NCBI GenBank assembly: GCA_963727625.1 | Contig: CAVSHR010000004.1 | Span: 32,001 to 96,000 of the forward strand | Direction of reading: 5' to 3' | Source of the DNA: an uncultured delta proteobacterium | Lineage (GTDB): Bacteria; Desulfobacterota; Binatia; UBA9968 | Length of the DNA: 64,000 nucleotides | Shown here: one piece after another, positions 28,487-38,565 of the stretch | How positions within the stretch are numbered: position 1 is the stretch's first letter | How the letters are laid out: each line of letters starts with the position of its first letter | The notes under the pieces: generated by a model | Database searches by the model: none | The model's input: only the letters and a program-made list of their open reading frames with translations | What the model was told of the DNA's origin: nothing | Position numbers and translations under genes: made by a program

Positions 28487-29908
28487 TCAAGATTTCCGGC
28501 CAGCGAAATATTTGCCGTACTTCTCCGACACTTTATGCTTCAATGCGTCACTCGCCGCCGAGGCTTTGGGAAAATCTTTGGCCCACTCGTAGGGTTTTGT
28601 GGCGTCAATGACGGCGCGGGTGCTGAAGCCCTTCTGATCTTTCGGAATAACCGGGTCGAGCGGGCCGCTCCAGGCGCGCCGAATGAAGTCGGTGTCGTTA
28701 GCCGGGTCCGATCTGGTGCACATGGCCCAGAGCACGTCATTCATGTCGTAGGGATCGATATCGTCGTCGACCACCACGACATAGCGGCCGAGATAAGCGC
28801 CTGATTGGCATTGGGCGGCGATCATCGCCGCCTGCTTGGCGTGGCCGGGGTAGCGTTGCTTGATCGACACGGCGGTGAAAAACCTTCCCTGGTAGCAGCC
28901 CACGCCGCGCACGTCGGGCACGCCGGATTTGTCCAGGTGATCCCAGATAAACGCCGAGCGCAGCAGCCCGTCGTCGGCGCCGCCAGGCGGGCGCGATGAT
29001 GGGGCGGCGGTGATGATCGGACTGGTCCGGTGCATCATCCGTTTCACTTTGAGAATCGGCTCACTGCGCTCGCCACTGGCGTAATAGCCGGTCCACTCGC
29101 CGTAAGGACCTTCCCGTTTCTGTTGGTCGGGAAGAACTTCGCCTTCGATGGAGATTTCGGAGTACGCCGGGATCGGCAGGCCGGTGTGTTTGCCGAGTAT
29201 GACGTCGAACGCGTCGCCGCGGATGCCACCGGCGTAGTCGTATTCGGATTTGCCCCAGGGCATGTGATTAGCGGCGGTCATGAGCAAGAGCGGGTCGTCG
29301 CCGAAGCTGATGGCGACGGGAAATGGTTTGCCTTGGTCGAAATACTTTTGGCGCATGATGCGGCCGTGCTTGCCCGGCGAGATATAGAGCGCGAGAGTGT
29401 CGCGGTCGTGCACCATGACGCGATAGCAGCCGAGGTTGACCCAGCCTTCGTCGATATCGCGCGAGATCACGAGGTGTGCCGTGCCGAGGTAACGGCCACC
29501 GTCGTCTTCATGCCACCGCGGCACCGGCAACGAGAGCATATCGATTTCCTTTCCCTCGAAGATGTTCTCCATCACCGGGCCGCTCTCGACGATGCGCGGG
29601 GGAATGAATCTTTGATTGTTGAGCCGATCTTTCCAGGCTTGGATGAACTGGTTGCGGCCGTAGTCAAGCGGCAGGTGAGTCGTGAGACACTGGCGCTTCA
29701 AAGACTGATGATGCACGCCGACAAGCACGCGATGGTCGGCCGGGTAACCTTTGATCTGGTCGAAGAGAATCGCGGGGTAGGGCTCGTTGCGCGCGTAAAC
29801 TTCGGTGATGGCGCCCATTTCGAGATCCCAATCAGCGCCGGGAACGCGAGTAAGCTCGCCGAACCTTTCGACTTCAGTGATCCAACCGCGTAAATCGGAA
29901 TAAAGCAT
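28487..29908 (-). CDS. UbiD family decarboxylase
   Basis: NLGCYR, EGPYGEWTGYY, VDDDIDP and IDATKP motifs. Confidence 0.9.
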   Translation of the reverse strand: MLYSDLRGWITEVERFGELTRVPGADWDLEMGAITEVYARNEPYPAILFDQIKGYPADHRVLVGVHHQSLKRQCLTTHLPLDYGRNQFIQAWKDRLNNQRFIPPRIVESGPVMENIFEGKEIDMLSLPVPRWHEDDGGRYLGTAHLVISRDIDEGWVNLGCYRVMVHDRDTLALYISPGKHGRIMRQKYFDQGKPFPVAISFGDDPLLLMTAANHMPWGKSEYDYAGGIRGDAFDVILGKHTGLPIPAYSEISIEGEVLPDQQKREGPYGEWTGYYASGERSEPILKVKRMMHRTSPIITAAPSSRPPGGADDGLLRSAFIWDHLDKSGVPDVRGVGCYQGRFFTAVSIKQRYPGHAKQAAMIAAQCQSGAYLGRYVVVVDDDIDPYDMNDVLWAMCTRSDPANDTDFIRRAWSGPLDPVIPKDQKGFSTRAVIDATKPYEWAKDFPKASAASDALKHKVSEKYGKYFAGRKS

Positions 29909-30052
29909 CGCTGATCCTTCCGAAAAATGTGAAATCTTCTACCGGTCAACTCCGCCGAGCGATCATTTTTTATAGGGTTTTCAAGATCGAATAGGGGATT
30001 CGTTTCGATCGTCGATTGCCTGGATAGACACCTGTGTCTGTCCTTTTCGGAC

Positions 30053-30077
30053 GGCGACCCCACCGGGTCGCCCCTAC
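30053..30077 (-). repeat. GTAG-type REP palindrome
   Basis: Minus strand reads GTAG-G-GGCGACCC-GGTG-GGGTCGCC. Confidence 0.6.
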
Positions 30078-30175
30078 AATATTTGTCAAACCAAATTTGT
30101 CAAACCAAACCGCTGGGGCTCCCTCACTGTTTCGGATGGGCCGGCGCTTGCCTGCGTGAGGCGCAATTGCGGCAC

Positions 30176-30865
30176 TTACAAAGGGGCGCATGGCCATAGG
30201 CTCTCTCGGGCGTTCCTATAGCACTTCCATCCCGAGTTCCAATCCAGATACTCCAGACCGTGGAAGTTCTTCTTATAATCGTAGGAAAACGGCTCGCGAT
30301 AGGCGTAGCCCGGGTAGTAATAACGAAAGCCCTGCCCGCGCGAGAAATGGATCGAATAAAGCATCATCAGAATTCCCAAGCTACGTTTCGCCTCCACCGG
30401 ATCGAAAATGGCGTAAACTGCCGAGGTCGCGTGTTTGCCGATATCGAGAAAAGTCACACCGACGACTCGCTCATTGAGAGATATACAGAGCTCGAGATTG
30501 AGACAGGGCACGGATCCGGGGACGGGCGATAAAAACTCCTTAAGCGACGCTGGAACATTCTCACGAAAGCGCAGGCTGTGTTTGCGAAACAATTCTTCTT
30601 TGGTTTCGTCGATCGTGGACCGCCGCAAGAGCACTTTTGTGTCTCGATTCTTCACCAGCACGCGCTTCTGGCTTCGCGTCAGCGAAACACGACCCAGATC
30701 GATCCTCAACGGCAGAACGTTGAATTGTTTACCGTCGTGCACCGCAGTTCGATAGCGGAAAAAATAGATGCCGAAATGGCGCCACCCCTCGGCCCAGTAT
30801 TGGTCCATTTCGGCAGGAGAAGCTTCCAGGGTGAGTAAGTTTTGGTCGTCGTTTGCTGAATTCAT
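30176..30865 (-). CDS. Arginyl/leucyl-tRNA--protein transferase (ATE/Bpt-like), short variant
   Basis: GWRHFG..F, SQKR, SAVYAIFDP....RSLG, YYYPGY and YK..F motifs. Confidence 0.8.
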   Translation of the reverse strand: MNSANDDQNLLTLEASPAEMDQYWAEGWRHFGIYFFRYRTAVHDGKQFNVLPLRIDLGRVSLTRSQKRVLVKNRDTKVLLRRSTIDETKEELFRKHSLRFRENVPASLKEFLSPVPGSVPCLNLELCISLNERVVGVTFLDIGKHATSAVYAIFDPVEAKRSLGILMMLYSIHFSRGQGFRYYYPGYAYREPFSYDYKKNFHGLEYLDWNSGWKCYRNARESLWPCAPL

Positions 30866-31026
30866 ATTGAGCCATGCATGATACGATTCATGGGCACGAG
30901 GTATTTTACAGATTGAACGATCATGTCGAAAGAGACGCAGGAGCTATTCGGAAGCGGCCTCGGCACAAATCTCGGGAGCCGGGCTTTCGCTGTCGAAATC
31001 GGACGGAGTTTCGCGGAAACAAATAG

Positions 31027-31686
31027 TCATGGATGGCTGCGCACGAAACTCATGATGCGCCCTCGGGGAAACCGTGACTCGGTGCCTGTGAACTGCTGCC
31101 GCCGTTCCGTGCGGGTATAGCCCTGGGCGGACATCTTGGTATTGAACTGGCCACAATACATGCGTCCCGGATCGGTCATGACCACGTGCGCGGCCATCTT
31201 CGTATGACCGGCGAGAAAGGCGGCAAGCAGCGAGGGGTGATCACGCTCATAAAGGATGTCGCTGCCGATGACGAGGTCAAATCGGCCGAGATCGAGATTG
31301 GGCTCCGCCCATGGGGCATTCCAGAACTTTATCGGCGCCAACCCGTTCAATTCCGCGTTGTAGCGCAGGAACTCTTCCGCCAGAGGATGATAGTCGCTGG
31401 CCGTGATATTCGCGCCGCGCCGCTGCAGTACCAAACTGCTAAGGCCGATGCCGCAGCCGACCTCAAGAATGCTCTTTCCGTCGACGGTAAACCGACTCAT
31501 CTCCTGCGCTAGGGCGATCCCTGCGGGCCAGACGACACCGAACATCGGCCAAGACGCCGAAGAAATACCGGCCCGATCGGCACTGCCGTCAGGGTCCCAG
31601 AACTGTTGCCGGTCGCGCAGTGAACGGATGTGGTAATGGTCGTTGCCGATTCGGTGCGTGACGGTCTCGACCGAGTAACCCGGCAT
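31027..31686 (-). CDS. Class I SAM methyltransferase (Methyltransf_16 / METTL21-like)
   Basis: FGVVWPAG, LEVGCGIGL and GSDILYE motifs; AAGGAG RBS before MPGY. Confidence 0.85.
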   Translation of the reverse strand: MPGYSVETVTHRIGNDHYHIRSLRDRQQFWDPDGSADRAGISSASWPMFGVVWPAGIALAQEMSRFTVDGKSILEVGCGIGLSSLVLQRRGANITASDYHPLAEEFLRYNAELNGLAPIKFWNAPWAEPNLDLGRFDLVIGSDILYERDHPSLLAAFLAGHTKMAAHVVMTDPGRMYCGQFNTKMSAQGYTRTERRQQFTGTESRFPRGRIMSFVRSHP

Positions 31687-32119
31687 GGAAGAATCTCCTT
31701 CGGCGTCTTTCAAGGGACGCTCTGCTTTGGGTGGAGATGTGTTGATAAAAATTTCGTTTCGGCGATGCAATTCGACTTCTTCGAGCAACTCGTTGACGCT
31801 AAGATCCAGGGCATCGTCGCGGCGCTTTCGCCGATATGGAAATGCTCAACGTTGGATCAGATAAAGGAGTTGCAAGAAATCCACCGGGCCGAATGTATCG
31901 GCCATCGCCAAAAGGCCGGCTCGTGGATTTCATGTTCAGTGAGCTGCTCAATAGGGTCGTGACCGACTGTGAGTATGGCACGCCGATGCAGCCGGGTAAA
32001 GCTGAAGACCCATAGCCTGGAAGGCTCGTTTAACCCTGGTGGTCCTGTGAATGACGCTTGATAGTTAATTTTTTTGGTCGCGCCAAAGGTTCGGCTTGAG
32101 GATTACGTTTTGTCTGATT

Positions 32120-32314
32120 TTAGCAGTCGACTAGCGGCGCGACCGTTTCCTGGAAACCTGTCAGTTTTGTTTTAACTCGTCCCTGACCGGTGATCGTTGG
32201 TCGAAATCGTCTTAAAACCCAAGTTTCCCGCCGTCTGCACGTAGGCAAACAGCCGCTCCAAGGAGGGCCCCGGTTGGCGAAATCAATGACCGGAAGATGG
32301 GCGCCGTAGGCCAA
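32120..32314 (-). pseudogene. Collapsed LLM-class flavin-dependent oxidoreductase relic
   Basis: YGAHLP, then after a frameshift SLERLFAYVQTAGNLGFKTISTNDH, then directly DELKQ..FQETVAPLV*, which resembles an LLM C-terminus. Confidence 0.6.
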
Positions 32315-32387
32315 ATCTTCAATCCTCTTCGTGCGCCGGTTATTAACGAAGCTATCGGCTGTGCGAGAGTGCCATTAGTGGCATTCA

Positions 32388-32891
32388 CTAGAGCGGCCGC
32401 TGCGACAGGGCGCCGCGGTCCGACGGTTTGGACGATAAATCTCGCCCCATTCGGAGCGCGGCCTCAACGCCTTGGTAGTAACCGGGAAGGTCGGTTAGCG
32501 GGCGATAACCCATGCGCTTGTAGAAGAGCTGGGCTGCTTCGTTGCCCGCGCGCACTTCCAGCGCGACGTTGAATATGCCCGCGACGACGGCGCACTTTTC
32601 GAGCCACTCAAGAAGTTGCCCCGCAACGCCTAATCGACGATACGCCGGAGCTACCGCGAGCAGGTCCAAGTGAGCATTGTCGTCGCCGTAGCGCATGATC
32701 GCAAACCCAACGATTCGACCGGTAGTGCGCGCGACGAGGACATTGACGTCAGGATCGCGAATGCTCGCCGCGACCCGCTCCGCCGTCCATCTCCATCGCA
32801 AGCCGTATTCGATCAAAATCCGCGACATGTTGGCGATCGCGGCGGAGTCCGATGGCCGCGCCAATTGTAACGACAGATCAGAGTTGATCAT
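32388..32891 (-). CDS. GNAT acetyltransferase (RimI-like)
   Basis: LAVAPAYRRLGVA, LEVRAGN.AAQLFY..MGY and GYY motifs. Confidence 0.85.
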   Translation of the reverse strand: MINSDLSLQLARPSDSAAIANMSRILIEYGLRWRWTAERVAASIRDPDVNVLVARTTGRIVGFAIMRYGDDNAHLDLLAVAPAYRRLGVAGQLLEWLEKCAVVAGIFNVALEVRAGNEAAQLFYKRMGYRPLTDLPGYYQGVEAALRMGRDLSSKPSDRGALSQRPL

Positions 32892-32988
32892 GAAGCTTGA
32901 AACCTAAAGGTTGTGCTTCCAGCGGTTCGACAATAATTTCGGCGGCGATCAAACCTATATACTGATTGCATCCGGTTGCAGAGGAAGA

Positions 32989-33975
32989 TTATTTTTCCAG
33001 CCCTTTTTGTTCCAGCTCTTTTTTGACCTCTTCGACAAATCTTAAATCCATCAAGCGCTGGGCGGGTACCGGTTTGGCCATTTTCATCGGCACGCGAATC
33101 TCGTATTCTAAGATATTTTTGATGCCTTCCGCCGAAGGAACGCCGGGCACGCCAGGGGAAAAGGCGTGCACGTAGGCCTTGGTCGCCTCGACGAGCATGG
33201 CGCGGTTGATGTTCCCTAGCTGGAGCTTTTTGATCCCGATATCGGCTGCATCTTCGGGATTCTTGCGCAAATACAGCAGCGACCTCACCATGGCGCGCAC
33301 CCAGCGCTTAATTTGCGCCGGGTTCTCCGTGATTTTCTTGTCGGTGACAACGTAGCCCTGGAAGGGCAGGGGAAACAGATCACCGAGGAATCCAAGGGAA
33401 TGGAGTCCCTCTTTCTCGGCTACGATCATCCCGGCTGGATCGAGCACGGCGGCTTGCAGCGAGCCGCTTTTGATCGCCGCGATGCGCGCGCCGGAGCTGG
33501 TGCCCATGGGGATGCGCGTGATGTCCCTTGCCGACAAGCCGCCGCGCTCAACAAACATCGTCGAAAAGCGATCTTCGCTGTCGCCGATGAGCCCTACGGC
33601 TATTTTTTTACCTTTAAGATCGGCGACCTGTTTGATGCTCGGATGTACAACAAAGTACCAAGTCACTTTCTCGGTTTGGTACATGATCGCTTTGAGCTCG
33701 GCACCCTTGGCGGCAGCGCGCAAACCGCTGCCGCCGGCACCGCTGAAGTCAATGTTGCCGCTTACAAGCGCGGCGATGGCCGCGGGGCCGCCGATGACGA
33801 TGGTTTCATTCTCCAAGCCTTCGTCCTTGAAGAATCCCTTCGCTTCGGCGACGTAAATGGAAAGGTAATTGAGGCTCGCGCGCGGTACCGCAGTGCGGAT
33901 ATTTTCCGCAGTCGCGGAATTCGCCGCGATCAAACAAATTGCCAAAGCAATGAATTGGGTAAAACGTAAAACCAT
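32989..33975 (-). CDS. ABC transporter substrate-binding protein (NMT1-like)
   Basis: Signal peptide; VAEAKGFFKDEGL and DLKGKKIAV motifs. Confidence 0.85.
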   Translation of the reverse strand: MVLRFTQFIALAICLIAANSATAENIRTAVPRASLNYLSIYVAEAKGFFKDEGLENETIVIGGPAAIAALVSGNIDFSGAGGSGLRAAAKGAELKAIMYQTEKVTWYFVVHPSIKQVADLKGKKIAVGLIGDSEDRFSTMFVERGGLSARDITRIPMGTSSGARIAAIKSGSLQAAVLDPAGMIVAEKEGLHSLGFLGDLFPLPFQGYVVTDKKITENPAQIKRWVRAMVRSLLYLRKNPEDAADIGIKKLQLGNINRAMLVEATKAYVHAFSPGVPGVPSAEGIKNILEYEIRVPMKMAKPVPAQRLMDLRFVEEVKKELEQKGLEK

Positions 33976-34232
33976 ATTAGTCCATTTTCCATTTCCCGAA
34001 TTGTGCCCGCTGAAAGTAGCGCGACGCCGGCCTTCGCAACGATTGGCCGTTAAGGCAGGGTACTATTTACAATAAATAAGCGGCCTTCTACGGTCAAGGG
34101 AATTCGCTGCGAAATCCGCTTGATGCGCTCAAAAGACTGCGCGAATAAATTTTCTGACTGGGAAGTGACGCGAGCCCTGGTGCGTTTATTGCGCTGTCCT
34201 GAGTTATTTGTTGCCATGCGTCGTCAGGCTGT

Positions 34233-35543
34233 TTATTTGATCTTGAAAAGCCCTTCTTGCTTTTCCGATGTATCGTCTTCTTCCGGCGACTCCAACATCC
34301 CCTGAAACTCCAAGCCTTCGACTTCCGGTAGGGTCTTACCCGCGATCCCTTGAAGATCGCCGTACATGCCGACGGTGGCTTGCATGACGCGGTCGATCTG
34401 CTCCTCGCGCTTCGCCCATTGGCGGGTAATGGCTTTTTTCTCGCGCTCCAGATCTTCTTTCATGGAGGAAAATGCTTCGACAATTGCCTGCACCCGCTGG
34501 CGAAAGCGCGGTCCGGTGAGATAACCGTAAACCATCTCCATCTTGGTCTGCTGGCCTTCGGACGCCTGGCGGGCAGTGGCAACTTCAATCAGTGTTTGGC
34601 GCAAAGAGAGCGCCACCGGCAGAGTGACTTTCGGCTGGGCTACCCAGATTCCGTCGACAAATCCAAAGCTCTCGACGTCTTTCGGCAACGCCTGGCTGAT
34701 GATGACCGCGACCTCGGCTTTGGCGGCGCGCTGGTCTTCGCGCAGTTTGGGCAACCAGCCGTCGCTCCAGTTCTTAGTCCGCTTCGATTCCCAGAGAATC
34801 GTGCCGCAGTGTTGGTTGAGCGGCCCGACAACCTGCTGGAGCACGTCGCCGCCGAACTCGCCCTTGGGCACGGGCTGAATGGTGTCGCGGGGAAATTTGG
34901 CGGCAAGCAGAGCTTCGAGTTCCAACTCCTGCACCTCTCCCTGGAGTTGCTGCGATCCCTGCTCGGCGCGCTTTTTCAAGTCTTCGATCTGTTTTTGCAT
35001 GGCAGTGATGGTCTGGTCTTTTTCCATCACTTTAAACTTGAGCTCTTCCTCGGCTTCTTTCTTAGCCTTTTCCCGCTCGGCGCTGAGATCGGCTTGAACT
35101 CTTTTTTCGATCGTCAGCTCCAGTTCGCGCTTGGCGTCGTCTAACTCGCGCTGCTTGCGGATCACCTCGGCTTGGACTTTTTGGGCTTCGGCGAGCTTAC
35201 TATCCCTTTGTTTCAATAATTCCTGTAAACTACTAAGTTCTTTAACTTTCTGATCGAGATCGTTGCCTAGGACGAGCTTGGCTTTCTGGGCTTCTTCGGC
35301 GGCGATGCGGCTTCGCTCGAGCTGGAGCTTTTGCGCGACTTGCTGATCGATTCCTGCTTTGGCTTTTTCGAGCGACTGGGCCCGTTCCGTCAGCGCCTGT
35401 TCGCGCTGGGCCATGTCCGTTTCTTTTTGCGCCAGGCGCCGCTCGTAATCGCGTCGCACGGTTTCCAACAACGGCGCGGCAAGCGATTCGGTGAGTTTGA
35501 TCTCGGTTTTGCACTGAGGACAGACGACTGTCGGTTCGGCCAT
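34233..35543 (-). CDS. DUF2130 domain coiled-coil protein
   Basis: N-terminal CPQC, long coiled coil, GSQQLQGEVQE and ILWESKRTK.W (nuclease-like) motifs. Confidence 0.85.
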   Translation of the reverse strand: MAEPTVVCPQCKTEIKLTESLAAPLLETVRRDYERRLAQKETDMAQREQALTERAQSLEKAKAGIDQQVAQKLQLERSRIAAEEAQKAKLVLGNDLDQKVKELSSLQELLKQRDSKLAEAQKVQAEVIRKQRELDDAKRELELTIEKRVQADLSAEREKAKKEAEEELKFKVMEKDQTITAMQKQIEDLKKRAEQGSQQLQGEVQELELEALLAAKFPRDTIQPVPKGEFGGDVLQQVVGPLNQHCGTILWESKRTKNWSDGWLPKLREDQRAAKAEVAVIISQALPKDVESFGFVDGIWVAQPKVTLPVALSLRQTLIEVATARQASEGQQTKMEMVYGYLTGPRFRQRVQAIVEAFSSMKEDLEREKKAITRQWAKREEQIDRVMQATVGMYGDLQGIAGKTLPEVEGLEFQGMLESPEEDDTSEKQEGLFKIK

Positions 35544-35735
35544 GACGGACTCCTAAAAAAGCGTGATCGTGGTGCGTGAGTGTGTTGGGACTCGTAAGAG
35601 CTTAGCGAAATCGCGACAGAGTGCCAAGCGATGAAGCGATTGCCAATGACGGATTAGCGGAACGTCGAAGCTCCAGATCGGAATCTTACTGGTTCGATGT
35701 TTGTGAACTTCTTGCTCTCAGTGAATATGCTGTTC

Positions 35736-36917
35736 TTAGCTCAACCGAAAGAAGTCCACCGCGTTACCGCAGACCATTTTCGATTTGTCTTCGCTCGGCA
35801 CCCCGGCGAAGTTTTTGTCGATGATTTTAAGCGACTCCGGCCAGTCGGACTCTTGATGGGGAAAGTCCGAGCCCCACATCAAGCGGTTGACGTTGATCTT
35901 GTCGCGGAGTTCGACGCCGACGCGGTCGAATTGAAAACCCCAATAGAAATGCTCGCGAATATACTCGCTGGGCGGCCGCAGAAGTTGCTTGAGACCGAGC
36001 AGGCGTTCAGCCCAACGGTGGTGGCGATCGTAGCGCACGTCGGCAGCCTGGAGAAAAAACGGGATCCAACCGATCTGGTTTTCGGCGAAGAAGATGCGGA
36101 GCGTTGGAAAGCGATCGAAGAGCCCGGACAAAAGCCACTGCACGGCAGCCACCGAGCCGTTGCCGCGCACCGGACCAAAGCGGCCCACCTGATCGACCAG
36201 ATCGTGGGTGATTTTTTTCATGACCTCGTCCGATTCTATGGGATATTTAAACAGCGGCGCTTTGCGTTCGCCGGTGCGATCGAGATCGACGTGCACGCTG
36301 ATCGGCATGCGCAATTCGAGCGCTCGCGCCCAGAAAAGATCGTCTTCATCCGATGGATAAGCTTTGCTGCTGGGAAAGCCTTGAAGTAAAACGGTTTTGA
36401 AGCCGTTTTCTGCGCAATAGTTCAACTCCGCGATGATATCGGTTAACGCGCATCCCAATGGCAAGATACCGACACCGATCAGGCGATCCGGATCGATGGC
36501 GCAGTATTCTTCGGCCAGCCAGCTATTGTAGGCGCGCACAATGGCTTTGTAGGTGTCGTTGTCTTCAATCCGCCGCCAGAACTTCGGTCCGCCTTGCTGC
36601 GAAGGAAAAAGCACTTCGGCGTCGATGCTGTCTTGGTCCTGTTCGCTCACGCGCTGCGTCGCGCTGCCCGTGCCCGGCGTGCCTTCGTAACGGCCGTTGA
36701 AAGGAACATAGTTATCCCGTCCCTTGCCACCGTAGAGATCCGCGGCCGCGGCCGCGCGCTTGATGTTATCGCCGATCATCCAAATATCGGTGCCGTCGGC
36801 CTGGCGTACCAAACGCGGCGCCAGATCGCGATATTTGCCTGGAACTCGGCCGAGCCAGTGTTTCGAATCGATTTCCAAGTGCGAATCGGCCGAGATGTAG
36901 CGGTACTGGCGTGCCAT
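35736..36917 (-). CDS. Amidohydrolase_2 family protein
   Basis: ISADSH, SVH, ENQIGW and WGSDFPH motifs. Confidence 0.9.
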   Translation of the reverse strand: MARQYRYISADSHLEIDSKHWLGRVPGKYRDLAPRLVRQADGTDIWMIGDNIKRAAAAADLYGGKGRDNYVPFNGRYEGTPGTGSATQRVSEQDQDSIDAEVLFPSQQGGPKFWRRIEDNDTYKAIVRAYNSWLAEEYCAIDPDRLIGVGILPLGCALTDIIAELNYCAENGFKTVLLQGFPSSKAYPSDEDDLFWARALELRMPISVHVDLDRTGERKAPLFKYPIESDEVMKKITHDLVDQVGRFGPVRGNGSVAAVQWLLSGLFDRFPTLRIFFAENQIGWIPFFLQAADVRYDRHHRWAERLLGLKQLLRPPSEYIREHFYWGFQFDRVGVELRDKINVNRLMWGSDFPHQESDWPESLKIIDKNFAGVPSEDKSKMVCGNAVDFFRLS

Positions 36918-37198
36918 ACGAGTTCCTTCGACGGTTATCTATTGCCGATATCCCGGCGAATCTCTGAATGACTAGAGGTTTCGAGATGCGAGATCGTCAG
37001 CTTTGAGTGGCGATCATAGCTAAATTGATAATCCCTGCCAAGCGAAAACGCTTTTCATTCGTGACGATTTGGCGCGGAAGCGGTTTCTCCTGAGCGTCAT
37101 GAGCAGAGTGCAAAATTTCCGAGCCGTTAATCTGCAAATCTAAGTTGCAGGATGTCTTGGCTCCGTCGAAATTCTGTTTCGAATTGAGTCTTTCATTC

Positions 37199-38365
37199 CT
37201 ACGCTCGGGCCGCGGCAAAAGAAAACGCGCTGAAGCCTTCTTGAATGAGCTCGATAGTTTGATCCTGCTGCCGGTCGAAATTGACACCGACTGGATTTGC
37301 CCGCGCTTCTACCGCGGCTATTTGCTCCTGTAACAGTTTGCGCAGCATGATGATGCCGCGGTCGGCCTCGCCCAAGTGCTCGCGGGCACGGTTGGCAATG
37401 GCACCCTGGGTCTCCCATGCCATATGGTCCTGGCTGGCAAAATGATCGAGGTGAAATTCGCCCTGGGAATCTTTCGTCGAGATATATTCTACCGGTGGCA
37501 GTTCCGGCTGATTGGGTATGCTGCCGTCCTTGGTCGGGTTGAAACGGAATTGAAACACCTGAGTGTTTGCGTCGTCGATGGGCGTGCGAAAGTGCATGGC
37601 ATAACCGGTGCGCACCGGGACGAACAGGATATTGGGAAAAATTAGCGGGTGGGGTGCCTCTGGAGGAACGTCCTCGCCGGCGAAGATCCGCCGCTTCTGA
37701 ATCCCCGCCCAAGTTGGGTTGATCACCAGCTCGAAATCGACTTTGCTCAGCTGCTGATAATGAAAGGGCACATAGTCCTTGCTGCCCTTGAGCTTGAGGG
37801 TATGGGAGTGGAGATAGTAGGTGTGGGTTGGATCGACGGAGTTCTCCATGGCTTGCAGCCAGTTGCAGCGCAGCACCTCGCAGACATCGATTTTCTTGAT
37901 TCCGTCGCGCCGCACCAGCACGTCCCATTTCGGCAGCAAGGGTTTTTTCTCCGCCGGACCGAGGTAAGCGAACAGCATGCCGCCTAAATTTTCCACCGGG
38001 TAAGCCGGATGTTGAATCTTGTCCTTGAATCCGGCGGCGGGGTTTTCGAAGGGCTGTTCGAGACACTTGCCGCATGCGTTGTATTTCCAACCGTGATAGG
38101 GGCAGCGGATGCCGTCGTCCTCAATAAAACCGTAATAGAGCGATGCGCCGCGGTGCGAACAGCGCTCGGCGACCAAACCGTAAGCACCGCTTCCATCGCG
38201 ATAGAGCAACAGATCCTCGCCGAGAATCCGCACGCGCTTCTTGGGCTTGGTTTCGGTCAGCTCCGCAGCGGGGGCCAGCGCCTGCCAATAGCGCCTGAGC
38301 AGTTGACCGCCGGGGGTGCCGGGCCCGACGCGGGTGAGTAAGTCGTTCTCCTCTTGTGTCAGCAT
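37199..38365 (-). CDS. Rieske non-heme iron oxygenase, alpha subunit (phthalate 4,5-dioxygenase-like)
   Basis: CSH...CPYH Rieske motif; ENSVDPTH....H mononuclear Fe site; QD..AWE motif. Confidence 0.9.
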   Translation of the reverse strand: MLTQEENDLLTRVGPGTPGGQLLRRYWQALAPAAELTETKPKKRVRILGEDLLLYRDGSGAYGLVAERCSHRGASLYYGFIEDDGIRCPYHGWKYNACGKCLEQPFENPAAGFKDKIQHPAYPVENLGGMLFAYLGPAEKKPLLPKWDVLVRRDGIKKIDVCEVLRCNWLQAMENSVDPTHTYYLHSHTLKLKGSKDYVPFHYQQLSKVDFELVINPTWAGIQKRRIFAGEDVPPEAPHPLIFPNILFVPVRTGYAMHFRTPIDDANTQVFQFRFNPTKDGSIPNQPELPPVEYISTKDSQGEFHLDHFASQDHMAWETQGAIANRAREHLGEADRGIIMLRKLLQEQIAAVEARANPVGVNFDRQQDQTIELIQEGFSAFSFAAARA

Positions 38366-38458
38366 GAACGGATCTCCTGTTGGGGACGCTAATTTTTAAG
38401 CTCGGCGGCCGACATGTCTTACTGCTGCGAAATTACGTGAAAGCGTGGCGGACTGTCA

Positions 38459-38503
38459 ACTTTAATAGGCACTTTAATAGGCATGAGGCATGGGGCGAAA
38501 GGC
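38459..38503. repeat. Short tandem repeats (ACTTTAATAGGC x2, then about 7-bp GGCnnnn units)
   Basis: Read directly from the intergenic sequence. Confidence 0.55.
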
Positions 38504-38565
38504 GCGAGCACGAAGGAAGGGTCGAAGGCGGAAGGATGGAATAGGGAGGAGCCGTCGCGATGGTT

